From Microthyrium microscopicum (lineage: Eukaryota): DNA of 64,000 bases. Positions 10,534-22,074 of the stretch are shown here, piece by piece; position 1 is the stretch's first letter; every line of letters begins with the position of its first letter. The translations under genes and the position numbers were made by a program. The notes below the pieces were generated by a model. That model worked only from the letters and a program-made list of their open reading frames with translations, was not told where the DNA came from and did not search any database. Where the stretch lies: the NCBI GenBank assembly GCA_010405405.1, contig MU004240.1, positions 696,316-760,315 of the forward strand. Direction: 5' to 3'.

Positions 10534-11994
10534 CTACACGACATTATCGGTACGTCCTAGATGATGACTGTCATTGACCACTCCATTGTTGTGTGCTAGG
10601 CCATCATGATGAACTCCGTTATTGTGTCCCAGACCATCATTATGGACTCCGTTATTGTGTCCCAGACCATCATTATGGATTCCGTTGTTGTGTCCTAGAA
10701 TACCATGGTTGGTATGTCCATCATGAGCCAGTGGACCACCGGTAGAACCAACTGGACGACGGTTGACACTTGCGCTATTGGTGTTGTTATGGTTATGATG
10801 ATGATTTCCAAGAATACCACCACTACCGCCCATTCCTCCACCAAGTCCAGATGTTGCATCAAATGGTGCTCCAGTGGCCATGCCAGACTCCTTATTGCCC
10901 CAGCCAACCTTGCGCGTCCAGATGGCGTCGCGGAAGCCGTTGAACTCTCCTTGGCCGTCCGTGTAGAAGAAGGCTGTATTGCGAGACAAGGGGATGTGAT
11001 TGAAACGGAAGTCCCAAACGCTTGCGTACACCATGCGATAGGCAGAAAAGGCCATGACAGTACCAATGATAGCTCCAGCAAGACAGTCGTACCAGTTGTG
11101 AAACTCATCGATAGTAAGAGCTCCAGCAATTAGCACCGCGCCTAGAAGAGGGGCGTAGAGGGCAATCAACTTCCACATGGCCGGGTGATAGTTGGCAAAA
11201 ACCTTTAGCTTGGCATTCAAGTAGAGATAGAGGAAGACGAAACCGGCAAAGGCAGCCGTTGTATGGCCAGAAGGGAAAGATTCCAAGGAGTCGTTGATTT
11301 GTTTCTGATCACCAGTGCAGATTGAACGATCAAACATGATTTGTTGAAATCCGACACCCGCGCCCTGTACTGCAGCAAGATCGGGCTGGCATACGGTGAG
11401 GAAGTGTGGTCGAAGACCGCCGATAAGCCATTTGAGGAAGACCTGGAACACAGCTGCAGAAATCAGGGAGTACAAGAGACCAATGACAGCGTTGTTAAAA
11501 TCCCAGAAGCTTCGCGCGCGGATTTGTACGATCAGAAAGACGACGAATGGGACAAAGAAGGCAAGCATAGCGGCAGCCCAAATTGGGATAATCTCCTTGC
11601 GAAGAGGATAGGAGAACTGAGGGTAAACAATTTCACCGTCCTTGAAAAGGATTGGGAACGACCGCGAAGGAGCTGGGTCGGCGAAGTAGACCTTTTGAAT
11701 GCGTTAGTCAACTTGTGGTGTAGGATAGTAGTGTGGAAGAATGGTTTTACTTACACCAAGGCCGATCATGCCCATGACCAACATGGTCAAGAGGTCCAGA
11801 AGTGTGAACTTGAGCCATTGTCCGAACGATGGCTTTGCTCCATGGGTGTGAGTATGTTGATGGCGAGAAGCATGTGTGTGCTCAGCCTTGGTAGGTGTCG
11901 TATGGTGGTGGTTCGTGTCAGTCATAGGGATTCCGGCGTTTCCAGTGGTTGTGGTTGTGCCAGCAGAGTGCCGGTTTCGATTGAATAGACCCAT
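10534..11994 (-). CDS. PAP2-family lipid/diacylglycerol pyrophosphate phosphatase (DPP1/LPP1-like)
   Basis: KWLIGGLRPHF, SFPSGH and HNWYD motifs with several TM helices. One intron at ~11693-11754. Confidence 0.92.
10579..10712 (-). repeat. 33-bp coding tandem repeat encoding GLGHNNGVHND-like units (~4x)
   Basis: Visible repeats of ccgttattgtgtcccagaccatcattatgga in the C-terminal tail of the PAP2 gene. Confidence 0.85.
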
Positions 11995-13044
11995 CCTGAT
12001 GTTTGGAGAAGAGTTCACGTGGTGAACAGCAAACTTGATGGTGAGGAAGAAGTGTGAAGGTAGAACTTAAAAAAGTGGGGGAGCTGGAATAAATAGTAGA
12101 CCACCTGCAGGCTTTGGGTGTTCCAACCTCTCTTGCTTGCCCATATAGTAAATACAGCAAAGACCAAACGCGACTTCCAAGAAAGAGGACGAAGCAGCGG
12201 CAATTGGCATTGGCACGACAAGCACAATGGGCAGAAGGGCAAGAAACAAGGCAGCATCCGTGCACATCGTGCTTCCTGCATCGACATGTGTACGACTAGC
12301 GTGTTTTGGAGGCGACCCAACCACTTGGGCAACTACATTCTTTTCCTTCCATGAACATACCTATCAATTCCATATCATTCAAGCTTTATGTCCATTAATT
12401 TCACTCACCAAAGAGTCCTTTCCCAACCATAGCATTTTCAAATGCAAACGTGATCCGATGGGAAATGAGTTGGCTGCCAACAATTTACAACAACGCGGGT
12501 GCGACAAATACGGCTGCTGGCACGGCAAGCAAGGCTGAACTTGCCTGCTATTGGTACAAACCCTGTGGCTGACACGCAGCTCGACGTCATGGCCCTGCAG
12601 CTCAACATGCCAGAGTGGCGCAGTATTTCCTGTTTTTCCTGTTTACATCTTTCAGTTTCACGATTCATGTTCAGATTTACGATCGTTGTCACCGCCTTGC
12701 ATGTTTTAAGCTGCAAGTTTTTCCAGCAGCGCGTCTTGGCGCAATTTCCTCTTCGGATAACCGCGTCTTGATTCAAACAAGCATCTGAGCTTGCCATTTT
12801 GAAAAATTTCCAGGGTCCTGCCATGCGGCTCGGGACTGGGGTACGTTCGCACGTGCAATTTGGAGCTTCAGCCACCCGATTCTCGGTCCGATCGCTCTTT
12901 CCCTATGCAAACATCGTGGCTGCCTAAATTGCTCTAGCGCTGACCTATATGAGATTATTCTTGAGTGATAGCCTTGATATATTTCGAGATGTTGTTCGAC
13001 TCAATTGTCTGACTTCCTGCCATCTTAAGTATCAAATACTCATC

Positions 13045-13831
13045 ATGCTGATACGTCCTTTGGAGCCCAGAGATATATCAGCAGCTGCTGACATCGCGCT
13101 GGCGGCTTTCATGCGCGATGAGCTCTTGGTCTGGTGGTATCCGCGTGCTGACCAACACCTCGAAACACTAAGACGGGGCTGGCTACAGATGATTCGATAT
13201 CGAATGGCGGAACCTGGAGCAAGACTATTCGTTGCTGAAGACGAGGATCAGCAGATAATGGGATATGCTATTTGGAAACGCAAAGGCACTGATCAACTGG
13301 CACAAGAATGGCTGAAAGACAGTTTAGCACACAGTCAGTATCTTGATTTTCAAGGTTCATTCAAAAACTTACATATCGATGCTAAACTACATTCGTTACA
13401 TAGAGATGGAGAGGAAGTTGATCCAATTTGAAACGTTATACTATGGTTTTCTGGACCGGGCGGTGAACCAACAGGCCAAGAAGCAGTATGCCGCCGCTCG
13501 TCTCGGGTTCTACCAAAGACTGGAAAAGACGGGTTATTGGCATCTACAAGGTCTGGCAGTCTCTCCTCAGCATCAGAGAAAGGGGGTTGGAGCAGATTTG
13601 ATGCAGTGGGGGCTGAAAAGAGCTTCGGAAGAGAGCATTCCAGCTACTCTCGAGTCCAGTATCATCGCCCGCGGCCTATACGCTAAGCTAGGATTTGCAG
13701 TTGTCGAACAGAAAACAATCAAAGATGGTTTGGACAATGTTGGCATGCTCTGGGAGGCAGAGAGGCAGAAAGGAATATGGCTAGACGTGGATGATCAAGG
13801 GAACACAAGACTCAAGAACGAACTTCCATGA
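13045..13831 (+). CDS. GNAT-family N-acetyltransferase (2 exons)
   Basis: MLIRPLEPRDI..., IMGYAIW, WHLQGLAVSPQHQRKGVGADLMQWG (acetyl-CoA motif A) and ARGLYAKLGF. Intron at ~13336-13403. Confidence 0.9.
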
Positions 13832-13870
13832 AATGCCGTTACCTTGATTACGAAGGCAACGGTTTCATGC

Positions 13871-14083
13871 CAACTGATCAGAAAAATAAATGGCCAATTC
13901 CATCAAATGCTATGGTTCCCACCAATGCTGTTGGGCAAAAGATGATAAGATTCCCATCATACTGGATGAACCATGTTGAGATAAACGCCTCTTTTGGGAC
14001 TTCAAACGCTCGATGATAGAACGAAGCACATGGGAGCCACCGTAAGCTGATCTGGCCATGCCATTTATTTTGTCGACCTGTTG
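13871..14083. mobile_element. MITE-like element copy B (213 bp)
   Basis: Left arm caactgatcagaaaaataaatggcc...atggttcccac and right arm gggagccacc...gccatttattttgtcgacctgttg. Same length as copies C and D, with a colinear interior. Confidence 0.75.
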
Positions 14084-14504
14084 ATTGTAACAAGCTGTAC
14101 GGCATACAAGGGAATGAAGTTGTCTCTGAGCTAAGGCTATTAAAGCTAGTGGCATTCTTACTAACCTTCGGAGAAAGTGCTAGCCTAGGGCTTTGGAGCA
14201 GCACGAGAAATCTCCAGACAATGTGACACCAAGCTCCTGATCTTCATCAATCTACCTTTATTAACACCTTAATCTGGTCTCTAGGCCTTTAACATTGCAG
14301 GTTCTTACCGCTGGCAGTCATTGCTATCTCGTGCTTTCCAAGCCATCATGCACTTCATCGCTTCGTAGCTTCCAGCCGGGCCGGTCCGATGGATCCATGT
14401 TTGCTGATTACTAGCTCCAGGCGGGCGAATTGACGCCATTTCCTATCTGACTTGATCTTATCCAACCTCTTGCTCTATCGTAAACATCTTTTCAATAGTT
14501 GGTC

Positions 14505-16019
14505 ATGAAGAAGTTATTCAATTCTGTCTTGACTTCGCTCAAGAGCAATAAGAAATCGTCGAGACAGCCACCTCTGCCAGACCCTGCTTCTGCCGGGGCG
14601 AGTTCGTCAGGCCTGGATCTAAACAGCTCGGCTCAAGTAGAGGCCGGTGATGGAATATCAAATGGAGAGACCGAAGGCCAGAACACGGCGAGCCAAGATT
14701 CAGCGAATCCAGGGTCTTCAGATCTCGAGTCTACGAATCAGGAAAGCTTGAATCAAAAGAAGTCAGTCATCTTAACGGGTGCGGTCATAGGTCGCACTGC
14801 GAACACGTTTTATTACCTAAAAGTACCCAAGGATGATGCCGAGAAAGAGCTTCCAGAGCTAGGAATCGAGGCAAGGCATGATGTGGAGAACGCGGCTCAA
14901 TTGGCTTACCCTTTCACACTACCCTCTGATATCGTTGATACCAAAGTCTACGTTGTTATATCTACACTCTCTGGAACTCAACTTGCTACGTCTTTTTACG
15001 ATAATATTCTTGCTCCACTTCTCAAGAGACTGAAAAGCGAGCTAGACATATCAGAAACTATTCATGTTGAACGGACCAAGGACGCCAGATCCGTAATCGA
15101 CCTCACCAATACCTTATTTGCTAGCAATGCGAATCAAGGCATACGTCAGCTAATCATACTCTTATCTGGTGATGGAGGCATTGTCGACGTCCTAAACGAG
15201 TTACCGACTACCATTTCTAGCAACTATTTACCACCACAAGTTTCGCTCATCCCTCTGGGCACTGGAAATGCGCTTGCGCAATCGTCAGGTATCGCCGATG
15301 AAACCTGGGGGCTTTCTACGTTGGCGAGAGGGCATGCCAAAGCACTACCAACTTTCATAGCCACATTCTCTTCTGGCGCCAGGCTCTTGGTCGATGAAGC
15401 ACGGCAAGAAGAGGAGCTATCTTTGAAAGACGAGAAAGGCCACCCCTACATGCGTGGTGCAGTAGTTTGTAGCTGGGGCATGCACGCTGGACTAGTTGCG
15501 GACAGTGATACTGCCGAATATCGCAAGTTTGGAGTCGAAAGATTCAAAATGGCTGCTAAAGAAGCTTTGTACCCCGAAGATGGCGCAGGCCCACATCACT
15601 ACAAAGCAAAACTGTCTCTCCTCCCTAAAGGATCTACGCATTGGAAAAAGATTGAGCGCACAGAACACGCCTACGTCTTGACTACACTTGTCTCCAACCT
15701 CGAAAAAGGCTTTACCATATCCCCCGAATCAGCTCCACTACAAGGATCCATGAGAATAGTTCATTTTGGACCGATGGCTGGCGATGAGATTATGCAGCTA
15801 ATGACAAAGGCATATCAAGGAGGCCAACACATTTCCGAGGAAAGTGTATCGTATGAAGAGGTTGACGGTGTGCGGATTTCTTTCGAAGGACGCGAGGATG
15901 ATGCTCGCTGGCGAAGGATATGCGTTGATGGAAAAATAATACGGCTGGAAGCAGATGGCTGGGTGGAAATACGCAAGGAGCCTCGCCATCTTCTTAGTCT
16001 TCGACATCTGAGCCGCTAG
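14505..16019 (+). CDS. Diacylglycerol/sphingoid kinase catalytic domain (DAGK) protein
   Basis: LLSGDGGIVDVLN, LIPLGTGNALA and ICVDG motifs in a single long ORF. Confidence 0.88.
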   Translation: MKKLFNSVLTSLKSNKKSSRQPPLPDPASAGASSSGLDLNSSAQVEAGDGISNGETEGQNTASQDSANPGSSDLESTNQESLNQKKSVILTGAVIGRTANTFYYLKVPKDDAEKELPELGIEARHDVENAAQLAYPFTLPSDIVDTKVYVVISTLSGTQLATSFYDNILAPLLKRLKSELDISETIHVERTKDARSVIDLTNTLFASNANQGIRQLIILLSGDGGIVDVLNELPTTISSNYLPPQVSLIPLGTGNALAQSSGIADETWGLSTLARGHAKALPTFIATFSSGARLLVDEARQEEELSLKDEKGHPYMRGAVVCSWGMHAGLVADSDTAEYRKFGVERFKMAAKEALYPEDGAGPHHYKAKLSLLPKGSTHWKKIERTEHAYVLTTLVSNLEKGFTISPESAPLQGSMRIVHFGPMAGDEIMQLMTKAYQGGQHISEESVSYEEVDGVRISFEGREDDARWRRICVDGKIIRLEADGWVEIRKEPRHLLSLRHLSR

Positions 16020-17106
16020 AGTCGGCTAGGCAAGACACTTCTGGAAGAGAAGATGCTACCCAGAACTTCGAATGCAGAAAACGATCCATGGAATATGCTG
16101 TCTGGCGTGCGGAAAGCGAGGAATGAAATCCGTAGCCTGCTCGCGTGGCTTATACCATCTCGTTCGCCCATCAGGCTTCGAAGCGACGAAGCACATTTGC
16201 TGCAAGACGACGCGTAGAAGACATTAGAATACATCACTGTTGAAGTTGGATTTAGATACAATTATTACATTCTTTCGAACCAATAGATATCCCCTTTCCC
16301 TCGTCAGATGTCTCTTATTGATTTCGTGAGGATGGCTGATTGAGCTTTGAGAGTCGCCAGCCCTGCCGGTCCATCAATCAATGCTATATAGCGACCGGTA
16401 AGACTTGCTGCATAGCTTCTAGAACCTTGACTCTGTGCCATCCTTGCGCTTCCCCGGGCTCGCATGCGTAAATCTATAAATTTATCCACTGTCTTATGTA
16501 CAGACCACTACACTCGCCGTCAATATGCACAAACAAGTTCGCATGCATGCGCCAACCAGCCCTTTTAGTTCCTGTCAAATTTTCCATTAGCGCGAAAATT
16601 GACATCCTTAGAGTATATGCTGTAGACAGAAATAATTGGACTCTCTATTTCGAAAATGGTGGATTACGAGGTACACAACCGGTTGACTGGAAAGCCGTGC
16701 AATATTGTAATTATGGGGTAAGCCACGGATCTCTTAAACGCCTAGATTGCTTAGCTGCAAAGAAGACTACTTTATAACGACAAGCGATTTCATGGTAAAG
16801 TGGCCAGGGCTCCCTATTCTATGTAATTGTTTATAGGCAAAAGCAGCTAAATTGGGTTACGAATACAGAGCACAACCACCATGATTGGAGGCCCTGTATA
16901 TAGTTCCTTTCTTCAAAGGCGTAAAACCTTAATACTTCAGTTGTATTGATCTTCCGATTTTCGTCCTGTGCGCACCGGGCAGAGCTACTTTGCAATCGTC
17001 TGGTTTGCGCGTTCACCTACAATCAACATAAGGAGCTTTGGCTGCTAGCGAGTGCTCAGGCGGTGGTGATATACTTTTGCAGCGTCCGAATTGACTTCTA
17101 CACAAT

Positions 17107-18797
17107 ATGTGGAACTTCAGTCATTGCGGTAGTTTATGGCTGCTGTTGAGCGCCGCAGTGTTGGCGCAAAATTCCACATTGAGCCCATGTGTTAGTTGTC
17201 CAGCATGAAAACACTGAACTCCTTCTCTACTAATAGACCATTTAGTGTCAAGCTATCGCAGTAGCTCTTCCTCAAGGATTCGTTGACGCAGGGCATCAAA
17301 CGAACTACAACACTCTCAAAGCCTCGTACTGGTCATTCCTAGAAGGCGACCTATCACCCGAATGCTTTGTTCAGCCCACAAATGCCCAAGAAGTTTCGAC
17401 AGTGATCAAGATCTTGAATAAACCAGAATATCGCAATGTCGAATCTTGCAAGTTTGCCATAAAAAGTGGAGGGTAACGTTTGCTCACTTTCTGATATATC
17501 TCACGGCTAATGTTTCTTAGTCACTTGACATATGCTGGCGCCGCAAACATCGAAGGAGGCGTGACGATCGATCTCGCAAAAATGAAGGAAGTCGCAGTCT
17601 CCCCAGATCAAAAATGGGTATCGTTGGGCCCTGGTAACAATTGGAGAGAAGTTTATACCAAAATTGAACCCATGGGTCTGGCTGTCACGGGCGGAAGATG
17701 GGGTAATGTTGGCGTAGGAGGATACTTACTCGGAGGTTCGTACGTCTTTCAAAGAAGAAAAGCTGGAGCTAATCCTCCACCCAGGTGGTTTATCATTCTT
17801 CCAAGGCCTCGAAGGCCCAGGCGTCGACGGAATCTACAACCACGAGGTCGTCTTAGCCGATGGCTCCATCATTAACGCCAACAATACCGCCAACCAAGAT
17901 CTACACAAGGTTCTAAAAGGCGGTAACAACAACTTCGGTATCGTCACCAGATTTGACATGAAAGCATATCCAGTCGGCAATATATGGGGCGGTACCATCG
18001 CAGGCGTGCCCGGACGAGCAAACCTCCCCATGAAGTGGTTCGAAGAATATGCGTCACCAAGGAACGCTGATCCCAACGGCATGATAATGTTAAACTTCAA
18101 CTACATGCTAGGAACCTGGTCACACAGCTCCTTCATCACATATGCCAAGAATGTGACAACCACACCAGCATGCTTCTCTGGTCTCGCCAACAGCTCCATG
18201 CTGAATGCCGTCTTCCCCACGTCCTATCTGGCTGTCGCGCAGCGCAATGAGCTGATGACATATATGGGTGGTCGGAGCCTCATGGCGACATTTTCATACG
18301 TCAACTCGGCAGCGTATATGGACAAATTGCTTGATTTGGCAGCCAGCTTTTCAAGTTCGTTACCGTTCCTTTCTGGATTGATTCTCATATTCCAACCATT
18401 ATGGACCACGTCGCGGCAAAAGTCATTCAAGGTGCATGGTGGAAACATCCTCGGTCTTGACGAGCATAGTGATGATGTGGTGATTGTGCTAGTACAGACT
18501 GGATGGTTGACAGCTGCAAGTGACGAGGCTGTCAATCAAGCTGTCCAGCTCTTCATCGAGAAGGCGGGTAAATTGGCAAAGGAGATGGGTACGTATAGTC
18601 CATATGTGTATGCCAACTATGCAGCTGGCTTCCAGTCTCCTATGGAAGGATACGGTCCTAAGAGCATGGCGTTGATGAAGGCGGCAAGCAAGAAGTATGA
18701 TCCAGCGCAGTTGTTCCAAGAACGACTTCCTGGTGGTTTCAAACTGGGGGGATCGTATCAAAGCAGGATGAAGCAAAATAAGGGTAGCTCACACTAG
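17107..18797 (+). CDS. Secreted FAD-binding oxidoreductase (VAO/berberine-bridge type; 4 exons)
   Basis: Signal peptide MWNFSHCGSLWLLLSAAVLA, FAIKSGGH (His for covalent FAD, split by an intron), VGVGGYLLGGG, LKGGNNNFGIVTRF, YANYA and KKYDP. Confidence 0.9.
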
Positions 18798-18957
18798 TTG
18801 AAGTTCAAAATAATAGCGATGGACAAAATCTGCATGTTTCGAGGCGATTCAGAGAGTATTTCTCCCAACTTGGAACGTGATCTTACAGTAATCGCTAACC
18901 GCCCATCTCCCAAAACGCCTGGCCAAGCCTTGAACCCATGGTATCGTACACATCTTT

Positions 18958-20668
18958 TCAAAACCAATACGACTCGCCGCTCTTACTGATTTCAAAGTCG
19001 CAACCCAACCCTCGTCCCTGCGACTGGTTGTACATCTCATGTGCCTTCAATTCAGCAAGTATACATTCCTCCGGCAGCTCTCCATCCTCCATGCTGTCCT
19101 TGACGTGAACAACCACCACCCGTAGGCCTTGTAGCGGCCCGCCTGAACTTACTTCGCGCCGCGGAATTGGTGGTGACATGGGCTGTGCGCCCAGTGTGGG
19201 TGCTCCCTCTGCAATCAGACTCGCCACACCAGCCATACCGCTCGAAATCGCCAATCCAGAGCTTGCTAGACCGCCAGAGATACCACGCGGTCGTCTTTTC
19301 AGTAGTCCTTCATCTCCCATACTCATGCGTTTTCTCTTAGCGGGCGATCCTACCACACCGAGCCCTGTCTGTGTACCGGCTACGCCTGCAGCGGCTGCCA
19401 TCTCGGCGCGCGCTTCTACAGTCATCTCAGCCAAAACGCTCAACTCTGCAATCAGATGTCGAGGCGCTAGATGGCCAAATAATACAGCATCTGGCTGTGA
19501 ATCACTGTAGCTACACTCGATGAATACGGCCGCCAATGCCCCTTCCGCGATTTTGCGTGCTGCTTCTGCCCATACAATGTGCGTGCGCGGTAACATGCTG
19601 AGTGAGTCAGGCTCGACGTCACCAAATACGAGGATTTGCCGACCAGAGGGCTCAGCACGGATAAAGTAGGCGGATGAGTCGACGACAACGGCGTCCTGCG
19701 CTTGTGTCACGGATGGTGGCTGCGGTGGTGCATATGGAGTTGGTGGGGTGGAGACGTTAAAAGCAGAGAGTCGCCGGGGTGTGAGCTCAGAGATTGGTGT
19801 ACGGACGCTTGTCGAGTGACTTGGGTCGCGCGGCGCTGGCGGGTGCCAGTGCGGTGTGTCCGGAGGAATAGAGCCGTTAGGTATACTCCCGCGCCGAGAT
19901 GGATCGGGAGCTGGATTGTGAGGTGGATGGGAGGCACAAGTCCCGTGGGATACTCGAAAGCCTTTGACAGCGAGACCATCGCAGACTTCGATGTAGCCAC
20001 TCGACTCACCATCTCCAAGGATAACATTCCCGCCTTCAGTAAGTCGCTGGAAAGTGACTAAGCCAACGCCAGAGTCTTCGTCGGTCAGGTTGGGCCAAAT
20101 GATGTCGTTGAAGATGTGCGTTTTGATGGCATTAACAGTAAACGGTAAAGCAGCGAATCGTTTGGGGCGCGCGGTGTTGTGGTAGCAGGCAGTATTAATA
20201 GCGAAACCAGAGAAATGATCCATGTGCGGGTGGGTGATGAGATAAGTACTAACATGCTCTCGGACGACATGTACGGCGTTTGCTCGAGCTGAAGCATGGG
20301 GGAAGCTGAGGCCGGCAAAGGGACCCTCAGAGAGAATGGTGCCCGGATCTGGGGTTTCTTGGCCTTGCGAGTCTGAGTCTGTTTCAGAAACAGCTCGTTT
20401 TGGTGCTACGAGTGGGAAATGAGTGTTCAATATCCGAGTTATGGCAGCCAAATGTGATCCAGCATCAACAGCCAGAATAGAGCCTTTGCCCCATTTGGAT
20501 GAAGTAGATCTCACGAGCAAACCTGAAACATTGTCTTCACTTGGTCCGCCACCAGATCCCTATACAACAGTTAGTATTTATTTGACCAGCAACCGATGAA
20601 GCAGTGGAACCAACCAGACAAATGACTTGCAATGAAGGTCCTTCAACAGTGCTACGTCTACGAGCCAT
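18958..20668 (-). CDS. PDE1: Class II (low-affinity) cAMP phosphodiesterase
   Basis: VICL|GSGGGPSEDNVSG, AVDAGS, THPHMDH, HIFNDIIWPNL, FGDVEPDS, FIECSY, LFGHL and VVHVKD. One intron near the 5' end. Confidence 0.93.
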
Positions 20669-21291
20669 GACGGCTACAGCAAGCCGGATGGCTGCTCGAG
20701 CGAGAGCCAAGAGCACAACCAGATGGCCAGGACTCGAGAAGTAGATCCGAGACTGACAAGACAGGGTGTCGGTCCGGTTCAGAATTGAAACTGAAGACGG
20801 GAGGCTCGGGAGTATGCAACGTGCCGCTGAGCCAAGACAGCTGCTGAGACATGCAATTGAGCCGTGAACGATGAAAAGCGCTATCAAAAGACTCGAAAAT
20901 AGAATTTGTCCCGACAAATGTCGAGAATGCTGGAGCAGAGTTAGCTGGGGGCTGAACAAGAACAGCAAACAAACAAACCAAGAAGGCGACTGTACGATAT
21001 ATGTAGGAACTAGGAATCAAGGGCGGGGCTACAGTACTAGGTAGTTTTATGCAAGGAGAAACAGGATTAGGAAAGTAAAGAATCCGCAATTAGTGAATGA
21101 GCGGGGAAGTTGTAATAATCACCTTCACGGGTAACGAAAGAACAGGTGGGTGGGGAAAGTATTGGTGGTGTTGTAGTTGTGACTTGGTACCAAGACTGAA
21201 GGTGAAGTGAGCCGACTCCCAACACGGAAGGCGGTCACGAAATGCGAAGTTGGTCCTTCAACCCTCAAGTTTCAACTTTCAACTGCGCCAT

Positions 21292-21504
21292 CAAGGGTTG
21301 ACAAAATAAATGGCGGGTTCCCAGCGAGTGCGATGGCTCCCAGACAAGACGATCGATTATCAAGTGCTTTATTTACCACCGACCGCGTTCAGACTTGGGC
21401 AATTTATCGAAAGCGATGGGAAATATAACACCTTTTAATTAGCAGCGTTTTGTGGGAGCCATCGACGCTGATGGGAGAACGCCAGTTATTTTGTCATGCG
21501 GTTG
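21292..21504. mobile_element. MITE-like element copy C (213 bp, inverted relative to D)
   Basis: Arms caagggttgacaaaataaatggcg...gatggctccca and tgggagccatc...cgccagttattttgtcatgcggttg. Flanked by direct repeat GCCAT (21287-91 and 21505-09). The reverse complement aligns end to end with copy D. Confidence 0.85.
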
Positions 21505-22074
21505 GCCATCTCCAGAAAGACTTGGTCTTTGATGCTCGCCTAAAGTCTAGAGTCATCTAGTTTCGGTTCTTACGGGCCGCTCCGCCTTGTCAATATCACC
21601 TTCAAACCCTCCTACTACGGGTAACCGACAGATATACTTTGGCAACATGGGCATATAGCTCCTTATACATCACTGCTCAGCTCATGAGTTCTCTGAACTG
21701 TTTGCCAACATATTATCCTTGTGTACTTCCAAGGTTTGTGTGGAGAAAGCTGGGCGGTTTCACCTGCACCTGTATGCTTTTGTCTTCTCAACGTTGAAGC
21801 CAAAGACTTTCTTCTTACTGGCCACCCTATCCGATATTCTGCAGCTGAACCACTGCAGGGTTTCCCAGCAAAAGCTTAAATATATCCGACCCTGCCTCAC
21901 TTCATGCTTTCTCCACACCATCCGCCTATCATGCACCTAGTTAAAATAGTTATATCATCAATTCAATGTTTCACATTCCTCAATACAGCATACAGCATGT
22001 CTACGCCGTTTTATTGTTGTCGTCCCCTTGCAAACCCCGCTCAAACCTTTGCTACCCCACAGTGAACCCGGCCT

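Noticed and set aside
9167..18797. COMT + GNAT + FAD oxidase as a secondary-metabolite cluster
   Set aside because: No backbone enzyme (PKS/NRPS/terpene synthase), transporter or pathway TF, and the genes are interleaved with housekeeping genes.
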